Assembly (NCBI GenBank): GCA_012862495.1
Contig: BLSG01000233.1
Span: forward strand, 19,651-58,570
Source of the DNA: Thraustochytrium aureum
Lineage: Eukaryota
Direction of reading: 5' to 3'
DNA length: 38,920 bases
Part shown: one piece after another, positions 21,846-34,154 of the stretch
Layout of the letters: the number at the start of each line of letters is the position of its first letter
Numbering within the stretch: position 1 is the stretch's first letter
Program-made: the position numbers and the translations under genes
Notes under the pieces: generated by a model
What the model was told of the DNA's origin: nothing
Databases searched by the model: none
Seen by the model: the letters and a program-made list of their open reading frames with translations, nothing else

Positions 21846-23498
21846 CTAGCCGTTCGAATCGGTGCTGGGCCGAGCGTCGCCCCCGCGGTCAGTGTCACTG
21901 TCTCTATCGTCAAACTCGCTGTCCTCGTCTTCGCCGCCGTCGTCGTCGTCCTCCTCGTCGTCCTCCTCGCCGCCGAATAGCGACTGGAAAAGGGCAGTGA
22001 AAAATCCCCTCTCCTTTTCCTCGTTCAACGGGCCGTTCGCCTTGGCCAGCTCCCGAGCAGCGCTATTGAGTTCGCTGGCTACAATGCGACGCTGATCCTC
22101 CACCACACTCCGCTTCAGCAGAGCTTGCACCGACTTGAGCTCCTCGCGGAGTTTGCGCGCATGCCCAATGTGCAGTCGCGCTTCGCTAAATCGCAGACGG
22201 CGCTCCGATTCAAGCTCATGCGCGAGCCGGTCCCGCTCCAAGCGGACCAAATCAAGCGTTTCCCGCAAGTCGCTCGTTGCACTGCTTGACACGCTCGCCC
22301 CCGCCCCGCTCGTGCCTCGCCGCAGCGCCAGACCCTTTGTCTCAGATCCAGGGTTGCCATGCTCGTCCGTTTCTCTGCTCTGACTCGCTGCGGACACGCT
22401 TGTGAACGGCTCGCTCAACGCCTCGGCGTCCAGCATCGCGTCTTCTTGCCTTTGCATCGCGGCTCGCAACTCGGCGTTCTCCTTCATGGCGCCTTCGAGC
22501 TCAGAGTCGCATTTCAGGTACATGGACTGGAGGTGTTCTTTGTGGTCTTCCACGCGCTCCAATTGCGCTGCCAAAGCGCGATACTCCTCCTGAAGCTTGG
22601 AGATGTACTTGAGCACCCCGTCTTTCTGCAGGAGCGTCTCCACGGTCTCGCGCAGCGCTACTATCGTCATGTCCTTTTCCTCGTTCATTCGCCGGAGCTC
22701 GGCGACCTCGTCCGAGTCTGCAAGTTTCTTACCAAGGGCCTGCAGCACGGTAGCCTTGGCCTCTTCCCCGGTTGCCACATGCGATGGTGGAGGCGGGCGC
22801 CGTGAGCCTGTCGCGAGCTCCTTGACAAGTTCTGCCTTTACACTGTCGTCCCGGATCGAGTCTATTGGGCGCCGCTTCTGGGCGTCTTCGACATTTGGGT
22901 CCGAGCCCAGCTCGATCAGCGCCCTGGCGCTTGCGATGTGTCCGTTCTCGCATGCCTCATGCAGTGCGGTTTGGCCCTTGCTGTTGCGCCGGTCGAGCCG
23001 AGCTCCGGCATCAACCAAGACCTTGACCATTTCTCGCGACTGTCCAAACGATGCAGCCCAGTGCAGCACTGACGAGTCTGCGTCAGTTCCGTCACCTCTA
23101 TTGGGCTCGACGCCTGCGCGCAAGAGCTCTCGCACTCGCTCCAGGTTGCCGGTGGCCACGTTCTGGAGCATCTCCTGTTGGAACACCCCCGCAACGTCAC
23201 TGCTTGGGCGTGCCAGTTGCAGTGGCAGCTTTCCGTTCGCGTCCAGGGCGTCGACGCGCGCTCCAAGCTTGAGCAGAGCTCGGACGCAGTCTACTTGTCC
23301 TTCCGCGCAGGCGACGTGGAGGGCCGTCGTCGTTGCCGCACTTGTGTTGTTCTTTCCGGGTTCGGCCCTTGGCCACATCACTCGAGCTCCGACCTGGACA
23401 AGATTGGCTCCAACCAGCTGGTTGATCACATCCGTGCGCCCCGTTGCACTGGCCTCGGCCAGAAGCGCAACGCGTTCTTCAGCACTAAGGCTCTCCAT
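21846..23498 (-). CDS. Ankyrin-repeat and coiled-coil protein with acidic tail
   Basis: TALHVACAEGQVDCVRALLKLGA, SVLHWAASFGQ, GQTALHEACENGHIASARALIELGSDPN. Heptad-rich C-half and EEDDEEDDDD tail. Uninterrupted ORF with ATG at 23498. Confidence 0.9.
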   Translation of the reverse strand: MESLSAEERVALLAEASATGRTDVINQLVGANLVQVGARVMWPRAEPGKNNTSAATTTALHVACAEGQVDCVRALLKLGARVDALDANGKLPLQLARPSSDVAGVFQQEMLQNVATGNLERVRELLRAGVEPNRGDGTDADSSVLHWAASFGQSREMVKVLVDAGARLDRRNSKGQTALHEACENGHIASARALIELGSDPNVEDAQKRRPIDSIRDDSVKAELVKELATGSRRPPPPSHVATGEEAKATVLQALGKKLADSDEVAELRRMNEEKDMTIVALRETVETLLQKDGVLKYISKLQEEYRALAAQLERVEDHKEHLQSMYLKCDSELEGAMKENAELRAAMQRQEDAMLDAEALSEPFTSVSAASQSRETDEHGNPGSETKGLALRRGTSGAGASVSSSATSDLRETLDLVRLERDRLAHELESERRLRFSEARLHIGHARKLREELKSVQALLKRSVVEDQRRIVASELNSAARELAKANGPLNEEKERGFFTALFQSLFGGEEDDEEDDDDGGEDEDSEFDDRDSDTDRGGDARPSTDSNG

Positions 23499-23941
23499 GG
23501 CCGACAGGAGGACTTTGGGGGCGGGCGCTGCCACTTGCCCGTTCCTGCACCAACCCCTGCTTCGCCGCCAGCCACGCGCTTGCTCTGCAGCCCACCACCG
23601 ACCGCCCTTGCAGGCCCCAGGCGGCGATTTGCGCACCTGCACAGTACCCGACCCCACAGCACGCGTCCAGCAGAGCGGCCAGGCCTGGCTGGCGCGTCTG
23701 CTCGGGCTCTGCCGTCAACGCAAAAAGATAGCCTCGCGCGTTGGAAGAAGAAGACCTTGCGCGACGGAAGCGCTCACGGCGCGTGGAATCGAGCACTGCC
23801 AACGAATGCGAGCGCCAAGCTGACTCTCCAGAGGGCAGAGAGCGCCCGACAACCACAGGACCAACCAGCCTGGCAGCCTGACAGACTGCGCAGACACCTG
23901 CGCCTGCCTGCCGTGCCGGTGCATGAGCGCATCCGCCCTCA

Positions 23942-24205
23942 CACCAAAGAACGGCTCTCTGATCGTTCCATGCTAAAGAACAGAAAGACCCGAACCTAAC
24001 CCACCAAAGAACGGCTCTCTGATCGTTCCCTGCTAAAGAACAGAAAGACTTCCGAACCTAACCCACCAAAGAACGGCTCTCTGATCGTTCCATGCCAAGG
24101 AACAGAAAGAGCGGCTCTCTGATCCAATGTTACTCGCGTGAAGAATAAAGAGCAGTTCTTTTAACGAATGAACCTAACCGAAGAAGGAGCGGCTCTCTGA
24201 TCGTT
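23942..24205. repeat. ~60-bp tandem repeat (about 2.8 copies plus two partial copies) between divergent genes
   Basis: Unit caccaaagaacggctctctgatcgttccatgctaaagaacagaaagacccgaacctaacc at 23942, 24002 and 24064 (partial). Core cggctctctgatc recurs at ~24112 and ~24190. Confidence 0.9.
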
Positions 24206-24267
24206 GGGCGACCGAGCAGCTGTCTGTTCGGTGGTGTTGGGGCCAACGAGACAGCAGGCCTTCCTAT

Positions 24268-24355
24268 CCAGGCAGGCAGGCAAGGAAGGAGGCAGGCGAG
24301 CAGGCAGGCAGGCAGGCAGGCAGCAGGCAGGCACGCAGGCAGGCAGGCAGGCAAG
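24268..24355 (+). repeat. (GGCA)n microsatellite upstream of the TPR gene
   Basis: caggcaggcaggcaaggaaggaggcaggcgagcaggcaggcaggcaggcaggcagcaggcagg... Confidence 0.9.
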
Positions 24356-24517
24356 TAGGCGCTGCGCGGCTGAAAGAACCCGTGGCAGAGAGTGCTGCTC
24401 CGGGGCTCGCGGAGGTGACTTGCAGGTGGGCAAGTCTGGAGCGTTTTGGTGACGGCCACGCGGCCGGCGTTCGCGAAGCGGCCAAGGAAGGCGGGGGACG
24501 CGACAGAGCTCGCGAAA

Positions 24518-27500
24518 ATGGGCAAGAGCGCGGGCCGGCGCGGTGGAGCCGGCCGGCCCGCGCTGAAATTTGAAAAGGTGCTCGCGGTCAAGAGCACGTT
24601 CGCTCTGGCGTGGGCCAAGCAAGACTATCAGACATGCGTGGCCTGCGTGACAGCGTTTATTGAGGAGGATGGAACGCGCGCCATGATGTATGTCGACCGC
24701 GCAAAAGCTCTGTTTCAGCTCAAACGCTTCGGCGAGACCGTGCAGGACGCGGACCGCGCCATCGCGCTGCAGCCAGAGTGCGCGCTGGCGTACCTTTTCC
24801 GTGGGTGCGCCCTCGCAGAGCTCGCTGCTAGTGGCGCAGCCGGACCGAGCGCGAGTGACCAGGCCGCAGCGAGCTTGAAGCACGCAGCCGCCCTAGAACC
24901 CAAGCTGGCCCAGCTCGACCTTCTTGTCAAGTACAAGGCTGGTGGCGCGAGCGGCGCCTCGGTTGGGCCGATGATCTCGCGCCGGGGCGGCACGGCCATG
25001 AGCCAAGCGGCGACTCGTGCAGCTGATGCCGCCGCAGCCGATAGGACGGCGGCNNNNNNNNNNNNNNNNNNNNNNNNNNNNNNNNNNNNNNNNNNNNNNN
25101 NNNNNNNNNNNNNNNNNNNNNNNNNNACGCTTCTGCACGCCCCTGTCCGTGACGGCAGGGGTTGGAGTGCGCGGGACAGCGGGTCGGCCTTTGACTCGGA
25201 GCGGGTGATTTGGCTCCTGAGCGACATCTTGTCGCTGGGCGCCACTTTGCGCGGCGATCTTTTGTCCAGGAACTTTTACCCGACAAAACTTGTAACCGAC
25301 CGCCGGTCCGTGGAAGAGTGCCGCGGGGCAGTGCTCTACCTGCTCCAGTTCCTGGTTGACGGGGCCATCGAGCCGAGCGAGTCAGACCGCTTGAGAGAAC
25401 AGGTGAAGATTGCCACGTCGCTCGTCGAGTGCCAGCTTTGCCTGCGGCGGATCGACGCAGCGCTAGGTCCGCAGTCTCGCGAAACGGATGTCTCTCGGGT
25501 GCGACAGCGGGCCAAATCATGGTCGTACATCCTCCTCGACTTTTGTGACACCGCGCACTCGCTGCCGCGGGGGGGCATAAACCGCCTCTGCATGCGACTC
25601 GTCTCCGACTGCCTGCAGCTTGCTGTCCCGCTCCGTGCTATCTGGCTCGCCGACGCGCACCTGCGCGTTCAGCGAGCTGGAGGCGGCACCGAGGATGACA
25701 CCCTGCTTGGAGCAGTGGAGCGCGCCCTTTCGCCGCTGTTCCGCGCTCAGGATCTGCGCGAGTGCTCGGCGTACTCTATTGTGGATAGTATGGCACCGCT
25801 CCCGGCCGACCTTGCGCGCCACGCAGCCTCGCGCTACGCCTCGTATGAATGGGACATCGACCCTGAGCTGCAAAGTGCGGTGGCGACGCGACTGGACCAG
25901 CTTGCAAAGTCGCACTCCGGGCCTCTGGACCAGCCTTTCGCCTTCACCTCCACCTTTGACCTGGAGACTGCAACCGGGTTCCGCCCCTGGAACCTCGTCG
26001 AGTTCCTTCCCGCACCGGCCGGGGACTCGAGCTCCGCTCTGGCGCATTCCGCAGTACCGATTTGGGCGCCAGAGCCAACACCGGCAGACGCCTGCGTGAC
26101 CGGCCAAGACGGCGGCGAGCCCTCGACGGAGGAGATCGCTCAAGTTTTGCGCCAGACCAAGGCGGAGGAGCGCGCGGGTCTAGTCCGAATCACGCTTTCC
26201 GAGCTGCAGCAAGAGCTCACGAAACTCCGACCTGGCTGTGACTTTGAGGAGGTGCTTGGCCTGCCGTTGAACGTTGGAAAACCGGGCGCAGAACCTGTCC
26301 CCTCCCTGCACACGCTCGACGCGTACAGGGCGCTCGCTCTTGGAGAGCCAGCGGACCGCGCTACTTGGGAACTGAGCCACCTCGCTGCTCTGCGGTACGA
26401 CACGTACCCGAGGGCGCACAAGGAGTGCGAGCGCCTCGAACGGATCGAGGCCAGCTGGAAAGCAAACGCTCGCGAGTTTTGCGACTTGGCGGCCACTCTG
26501 CGCCTCGATGATTTCTCGATCGAACCTCACGGCTTTGCGGCCGCCGCGGCGTTTCATGCGGCCGTGAAGCGAGACCCGCTGGTCAACCTGTTTTGCGAGT
26601 GCTCCGGCACGACGCTCGAGGACGTGCCACCAGCCATCTTTGAAAGCTCGTGCGCCTTTCCAGTTCAGTTAGAGAGCACGCACTATGTGTCTGCTCCCGC
26701 CGGGATTGTCGAGCTCGGCCTGGAGCAGACAGACAAGGGCGGCGTGCCGTTCTCCGTTCTGCGCGCGACGGGGGTGTTCACCTCGGCGCGCTGTGCTCAC
26801 CTATGCCATGTTGCGCAAGGTCGCAAGGCCGTCCCAGTCGCAATGTCGATGCTGGCCTGCGAGTGTGGGACAAGAGGCCCTGCTTGCGCCATGGCACGTC
26901 CAGCCGACCTGGGTTGGGCCCCCAAGCTCACTTTGGTTGCCGAAAACATCAGTGCGCCCGGTAGGGCGCGACATGCGCCGCTGACTGCCCCGCCGCTGCG
27001 CTCAACAGCGTTTCTCGTCAACGGCGTTTTCGATTCGGTCGAAGGCGGCGGGCCGCTAGCCGCGCGCAGAGGCGCAAAGAAGAAAAAAACCGGCAAACCA
27101 GCCAAGAAGAAACGCCCAGGTGCCGGCGCTGAGCCAAGCGCGACTTCGGACGTTGCTATTCAAGTCGAGTCCACGGAAAGCGTGAACGCGGCAACCACCG
27201 CGAGCGGCGGGCCAGCCAGCCTCGGTTCGGCTGTTCGCACCTCAGGGGCAAGCGACCGGCGACGTGGATTTTGGAGAGCGGCTCCGGGATGCGTCTGGCC
27301 GACAAGCGGCGGTGGCGGCCAAGTCCCCAAGCTATCCCCGCTCGCCAGGGCATTTGCGCAAGCCGGTGCGGCAGGCCCACTCCTTGATGAGCTTTTGCGC
27401 GATGGCCAGGCCGGCCAGCTGTCCAAGCAGCTCAAAGGATTGGGCGTGATCCAGGAGGTTCGCGTTCGCAACCTCGTGGCCTTCCTGCAGGAACGGAACA

Positions 27501-30500
27501 CAATCCAGTTCCTGCAAGCACTGCGGCACATTGTTGGGATCTTGGATGACCAGCGCGGCGAGCTGGACACAGCGAACGCAACGCGCAAGCCTGTTCCGGA
27601 CAGCGCGAAAACCCGCGAAATGGCGCACCTCGTCTTTTGCGTGTCGAGGCTTATTGACGCGTTTGAAGCTTGCGAGGAGGCGGTTGCTGCCAAGCGGCCG
27701 TCGCAACCCCGCGATGGGTTCAACTCGCCTTCCTCGGGTGCCCTCCTGAACGCCCTCTTTGACACGCCGCTCAACATGCAGTTATTCCAGACCGCTCTTG
27801 AGCACTGCGCCAAGGCGCGGAACGCAGTGCAGTCCCTGCGCTCTGGGGCCGCCGCAGCAAGTAGTAGAGCTGTAGCAGACAGTGGGCGGGCCCCTGCTGC
27901 ACGAGCGTTGGCGCACCCGGCCACTTTGGCAAGCGGCGCCAGTGCTCTGAGCGACATCATGCGCTCGGCCTCACTCGCCGGGCGAGAGGCGCGCGAAACC
28001 AAGCAAGACGAAAACAAGATCGAGACCGCCGAGCGCGCGCTCGAGAAGCGCAACGTGGATTTCGGAACAAAATTCCTCGATATGACCAAGAGAATCTGCG
28101 AGGAAACACTTGTCGCTACCGCAGTGCGTCCGAAGGGCGGGGCGCCAGGTGCACCCCCCACAATCGCCAACCTTGGCGTTTGGCCGCAGCGCGTTGCTTC
28201 GATCCTGACGGGCGACGACGAGCGGTTCCCCGTGCACGAGATCCAGGCAATCCTTTGGAAGCAAGAACAGCTCGCGCAATCTTTCGGCGAGTGCGACTTG
28301 CGGCCCGACGAGGCGCGCCGCATCCGCCAGGTCGGCGGCTGGCTCGAGCTGCTTTGGTTCCCGGAAGACTGCGAGGCAGCAGAGCCTGGGACTCCACGCC
28401 ATGCACTTGAAAACCTCGTTCGTGCAGCGCGAGAAACGCTCATTGCTGTAGAGAGCGCCTCCAAGATCGGTGGGTCTCCGTTCGGGCAGCCCACGTCTCC
28501 GGCGCAGCACCGCGCACTCGAGCAAAATCTGAAAGAAATTGATGCCAAGGTGCTCAAGGTTGCGCAAGCAGTCAAGGCTCAAGCGCACAAGGTTCGAGCG
28601 CATCTCCTGCGCTCGACAGTGATCTCGGATAAGCTGCCCCTCAGCGAGCAGCTGAAGACCCTCGAAGGGGACCTGAAGTTTGACAGGCAACGCGAGCTTG
28701 CGGATGAGCCGCAATCCATTCTCAAGCTGGTCTCGCTCGCGCGGGGCATGCACACGCGCTTCCAGCTTCTATACGCACTGATCGGCCGTGTGCTGCGCAA
28801 GCGGGTGATTTCGCTCGTGGAAAACCACCGCTCACAAGCGGTCTCCGCTCACCTATTGCTGGAGGAGCTCGAGATGGAGCACCAGGCGGAAGGCGGGAGC
28901 CAAACCCGTGGCGCAGCTGCGGTGGACACGCGCAAGGCAAAGAAGAAAAAGAAGAAAACTACCACGGACACCACAGACGCAGCCAAGGGTGAAGCGAGCG
29001 TCTCAGAACCGAATGGAACGGGAACGGCACCCTCGCCCTCCCAGCGAAGTAATATGGTAGAGATCGAGCCCTCGGAAGCGAACAGCACATCTGCTGGCGA
29101 CCACGCGGGACACAGCGCCGCAGATGCCGAACAAGGAGCGCTCGAGCCGGACGCTCCGCCGCCTCGAGAAAGTGCCCCGCAGAACGGACTTGCTCGATCT
29201 GACGCACACGTGGAGCCGGCCCACAGCGAGTCGACAGGCGCAAGTACGAGTCGCGAGCTCCCCGAGGACGACGAGTGTACCGATGAAATGCTTGCATCCA
29301 TCCGAGTTGCCGAGCAGTTGGAGCTCCAAGGCGCCAAGGCGGCGGCGAATGACGATGCGTGGACTGTTGTTTCGAAAAAGTTGCGGGTCGCAAAGGATAT
29401 TCCACTGCCTCGCGAGACAGACGGCAAAAGAGGCTCGCGCTCGCGGCGGCAGCCACCCAAACCTATTTCTTCAGCGCTGGAAAATCGCGCTGTGCAACCC
29501 ATTCAAGAGAGCTCGAAGCCAAACGAGCTCCGCAAGAGCGAGGCGCGGCGCGCTGCGACAACGAGCGGAACTGCGCAAAGCAAGTCCGCAAAGGGCGAGG
29601 GGTCAGCGCTGCGGATGCCCCGCTCAAGCAAGGCGGACGCACACGAGGTGGCTTGGCACCCTCCAGAGGCAAGCCAGCGCCGACTCCAAGTGTTGCCCCA
29701 CTAGTAGCAGTGGTCGCACATGCACATGCGAATGGGACGCCGGGTGCGGCTGTGGCGGGGCTGCGGACGGAGGACGTCTCAACGAAAGACGTTGCTGCTG
29801 GCCAGCCGGGCCAAGTCGCAGTCGGCGCTGACCGCCCAAAAAATTCTGAGGAGGCACCTCTGGAAAAGGGAGTTGATGACCAACCATCGCCTGGGCCATT
29901 TCAGTCTGCGCCGAACGATGTGATGGCCGAAGAAGGGCTTGAAAAAGTGGCAGACACAGATTGCGTTTCCGGGGCCTCCCCAGAGGCGCAACCCGACACC
30001 GCGTCAGTGGTCTCTGATGCCTCCGTTGAAGCTGCGCTTGGCACCTCTCATGCAAGCAATGGCGACACAGTCGCACGTTCGCAAACTCTGGAGACCTCGC
30101 CTGGGCCAACCGTGGCGATTCCCGGAACGGCGAAAAAGCCCGAAGACTACAGGGTTCCGAAGGTAGAAACCCCCAGTTTCCCAAGAGAGTGAGGTTGCCG
30201 CGCTTGCGCCTGAACAATCGCTCACAGCTGCTCAAGCCCAAAGAAACGACCAAGTCGACGACGAAGAACAAAAACAAGAACAAAAAGGCAGCGCCGAGGA
30301 GCAGCTGCAAGTCATGGGGACGCCAGCAGGCGCCGCTGAAGGCAGCATCAGCGCAGTCGAGCTGCACGCGGAAGGTGGCACGAGTGAAGTCGACTCACGT
30401 GTACAAGCCGCTAGTACCAGAGCGGACCACCCTGCAGGTCACCTCAATGCCGCCGGCGGAATCATCGGAGCTCAGGTGCCAATGCCAATGCCGATTCTTG

Positions 30501-31179
30501 GCATGCAGCATCCGGCTCTCGGCCAGCCTCAATCTGGCCCTATGAACTTGCCGCTGGGCCTCTCCACGGACCACCGCCGCCTCCAATGCAGCGACGCATC
30601 TGCAGGTTTTTCTTGGATGGGTCGTGCCGTTTTGGACCGCGATGCCATGATCGACATATCACGGCTTTGCAGCTTCACGACGAAATGATGGCATGGTCCT
30701 CGCACCAGCAAATGATGGCTTCGATGCACAGTCAGCCGCCGCCGCCGCCATACATGTACGGAGGCGGTTACCCCATGTGGCCGAGTCCGATGGGGCCAAT
30801 GCAGGTGCCAATGCCTGGGCCAACGCAGGGGCCAATGCAGGGGCCTCCTCAATTCCACGCACACGGGCCGATGCCTGGGCATATGGGTGGCGGTCCTGGT
30901 TCCCCACCTCCGCCGCAGCATTTTCCTGGTCTCGGGCCACCTGTCCCAATGTACTATCCGCCGCCGCAACCACCGCCGCAATTCCACCACCCACAATATC
31001 CGTTCGAGCAGCCGCAACAGGAGGTGCGCGAGCATGATTCGCAACAGGAATTGCGGTCACCGCCGCCACCACCGCCGCCGCCGCCGCAGCAGCAGCAGCA
31101 GCAGCAGCAGGACGAGGAAGGAAAAGAGCAGAAGGTTGAGCAGCAAGATGTGGACGTGAACGCGCCGCCGCCCGCGTAG
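24518..31179 (+). CDS. Very large (~2200 aa) protein: N-terminal TPRs, uncharacterised middle, low-complexity region, C-terminal CCCH zinc finger and Pro/Gln/Met-rich tail; gap 25054-25126, frameshifts at ~29600, ~30170, ~30562
   Basis: TPR: YVDRAKALFQLKRFGETVQDADRAIALQPECALAYLFRGCALAEL. CCCH: ICRFFLDGSCRFGPRCHDRH. Consecutive ORFs join by small indels (KGEG-VSAADAP; ET-PVSQESE; GL-HGPPPPPMQRRIC). Joining them into one gene is an inference. Confidence 0.72.
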
Positions 31180-31596
31180 CGCGCCTCGCACCATAGCAAA
31201 ACCATGGGCCGGTCAAAGCTGCGCGCACCAGGGCGACCAAGCCGAAGCCAATGTGCAAGGTTTCTTTCTTTCTTTGAATCTCTCAAACCAAGAAGAAATC
31301 AAACGCGCGCGCCGCCCGCGCGGGCACCAAGCGGGTCGCGGACGCGGAAACCTCTGTGCGGCGGGTCGCCCCTCTACTTTTGAACTCTCTTGGGCATTAC
31401 ATTGGAAGGGAAAAATACAGAGGGATGCGCTCGTCATTGGGGAAAAAACCGTCCGCCGCACACCTCTTCGGGTACCTGGACAGAGCGAGCAGACCGGAAA
31501 CGCGAAGCCATCTTGTGCAGGCTGCTCGCGCGAGCTCGCGCGCACACGTGGACGCGGGGCGCGCTAGGACACGCTCGGTTTGCCTGGACTGCCGCG

Positions 31597-34154
31597 ATGG
31601 ACTGGGACCCCGTCGCACTCGACCTCGACGACGACGACGACAACGCTGACGACGCCTGGACGCAGGCGCGGCAGGCGCTGCAAGACCACGACTCGGGGGC
31701 AGGGAGTGGACGACGCGGAGGATGTGCAGCTTGTTGGGGAGAGCCTGTTTGTCAAGCTTTACGGGGATGAGTTGGACGGGAGTATGGCGAGCAGCACAAA
31801 CAGCCACCTGCAGCATGACGACACGCCTTCACCGGTCGCGAGCGGCTCTGGACTCCGGAGCGGCCGCAGCACGCGCAGTGGCTGGGAAAGCACGATCAGC
31901 GCAGGCACAGATCCGGTAAGCCCGAACCCGGCGCGCAGCGGCTCGTGGAGGACTTGGCGCGGCGCGGCGAGCCCAACTTCGGAGCAGTCCAGCCCGCGTG
32001 GTGCTCTCGCTGACCGCTCAAGCTCGCCGCCACCCCCTCCACCTACAGAACCGTTTCCTACACTCGCACCGCCGCCGCCGTCCTCGCCATCGCCGGCATC
32101 GGCGCGTCACGAAGAAGGAGGAGGCACGGCATTCGTGGACCGATGTCGCCCGAGGAGGCCCCAATCAAGCCAGTGGGCAAGTCCTTCGAGCAGCTGCTGC
32201 AAGAGAAGGAGCGCNNNNNNNNNNNNNNNNNNNNNNNNNNNNNNNNNNNNNNNNNNNNNNNNNNNNNNNNNNNNNNNNNNNNNNNNNNNNNNNNNNNNNN
32301 NNNNNNNNNNNNNNNNNNNNNNNNNNNNNNNNNNNNNNNNNNNNNNNNNNNNNNNNNNNNNNNNNNNNNNNNNNNNNNNNNNNNNNNNGGAAATCCCTCA
32401 ACGAGACTCTGCGACGTCGCAGCAGCTGGACGAAATGCTGACGCTTACGAAGACCGGCGTCGCGCTCTCGCGTTGCGGACCGTCCTGTCGCCCAGCAGTT
32501 GCGGGGTTCAACGGAACGCCGCCCTCTGCCTTTGTCTGCGCTTCCGGGCGGCCCTCGAGACACTGTCGGGCGCGGCGAGAGATCTCACGCGCCCCGAAGG
32601 AGGGACGTCGCGCGGTCCCCTCTGCAACTGGACAACGGTGAAACAGAGTTCCGTGCATCGGGGCGAAGGGACTTTCTTGGCATTCTAGATGCGCTTGAAT
32701 ATGACGAGGGCAGCGACGAAGAAAATGACGAGGGCAGCGACGAGGAACATGACGACGGCAGCGAAGGAGGCGAGCGCTTTGCCTCCGGCCTGCGAGCAGA
32801 CAAGAGCTCGCCACCGCCGCGCTCGAGCCTCGTGCAAAAGATGTTCAGCACCCTCGAGCGGAAACCGCGGGCCGAAGCCCCAAGCAAACAATCGTACCCC
32901 GAGGCCTCCGACTCCTCTCCGGACCTCGGCAGCACCCCGGGCGCCAAATCGGACCAGCAAGCCACTATAGACGCGCTGCGCGAGCAACTGGTTGAGGAAA
33001 TGGAAAAGTTTCAGAGCGCCAACGACAAGCTCCAGCAGTCGTTGGAGAAGCTCGAGGCAGACAGGCGACAGCTCGAGAGCGAGCGCCACGCGCTTGAAAA
33101 GTCGCGGCGTGAGCAGGGCAAGAGCGAGTCGGACCAGATGCGCGAGATGCGCGAGCAGATGCGGGCAGAGCGCGCCGAAGTGAGCCGCGAGCGCACGGCG
33201 TTGGAGCGCCAAAAGCAGCACATAGAGCTCATCCGAGCCGCTGCCAAGCTCGAAAAGAAGGACAAGGCCCAAGTCGAGATGCTGCAAGCTACCATTGCGC
33301 AGCTGCGCGTCGAGGAGCGGGCTCGGGCGGCGAAGCATAAAGAAGCCCTTGCTAGCAAGTCGGAGCGCATTGAAGCCTTGAGTAAGGAGGCAAGCAACTT
33401 GGAGGAGGCCCTCAAGTTCGCTGAGGCGCGACGCATCGACCACTGGGAGCGCGAGAAGCGCCTGCAGGACCTGTTCGACAAAGCCGAGAGCCGCGCCCGC
33501 GCCGCCGAGGAGCAGGTAGAGGCCCTCCTCCTCCGTGTCTCCGAGCTGGAAGCAGCGCAACCGGAAGGGCCTTCCTGTGAAGGCGACTTGGGCGAAGACG
33601 GTGTTTTCGACGGCGGCTCTGTAGAGGCGCGTGGCGAGGCACCGCGCAACGTCGAGGTTGGCGTGACGCCTTCTCGTGCAGCGCAAAGTGGCGCTCTAGG
33701 TGTTCGTGGCGCGACGACCCCCGCGCGAGAGAATGTGCGCCAATCGCGCTCGAAAGTGGTCCTGTCGGACGGGACCTGTAGGATTACCTATCAGAACGGA
33801 GCAGTCAAGGAGGTGCTGCCGAACGGTGAGAGTACCACGACGTTGGCGAACGGCGACATCAAGAAGGTGATTCCGCTGGACGGCGTCGAGATCTACTACT
33901 TTGCCGATTCGGACACGACACAGACCACGTACAAGGACGGCGTCGTGGTTGTCGAGTTCCCAAACGGCCAGGTGGAGCGCACAGATACCGATGGCACCTT
34001 TGAAGTATTCTACGCGGATGGGACGGTTCGCACAGTGAACAAGGATGGGTCGGAAGAGATTCTGTTCTGCGACGGAACGCGCGTTGTGCAAACGGCGGAC
34101 GGCCGCCGCGCCGTGGAGGCAGCACCGGCGAGGACGCAGGGGCGCCCTCTCTAG
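31597..34154 (+). CDS. CENPJ: Centriolar protein SAS-4/CPAP (CENPJ) homologue; several indels and gap 32215-32388
   Basis: C-terminal TCP/G-box domain (ITYQNGAVKEVLPNG...NGDIKKV..DGVEIYYFADSDTTQTTYKDGVVVVEFPNGQVERTDTDGTFEVFYADGT). Central coiled coil. PN2-3-like tubulin-binding motif EEAPIKPVGKSFEQLLQE at 32152-32205. The start at 31597 is tentative. Confidence 0.85.

Noticed and set aside
23942..24205. CRISPR-like array
   Set aside because: Sequences between the hairpin cores are near-identical rather than unique spacers, the context is eukaryotic and no cas genes are present.
32380..32500. In-frame TGA at 32439-32441 in SAS-4 as readthrough or selenocysteine
   Set aside because: It lies next to a gap in error-rich, low-complexity sequence; an alternative frame is open, so local indels are the simpler explanation.
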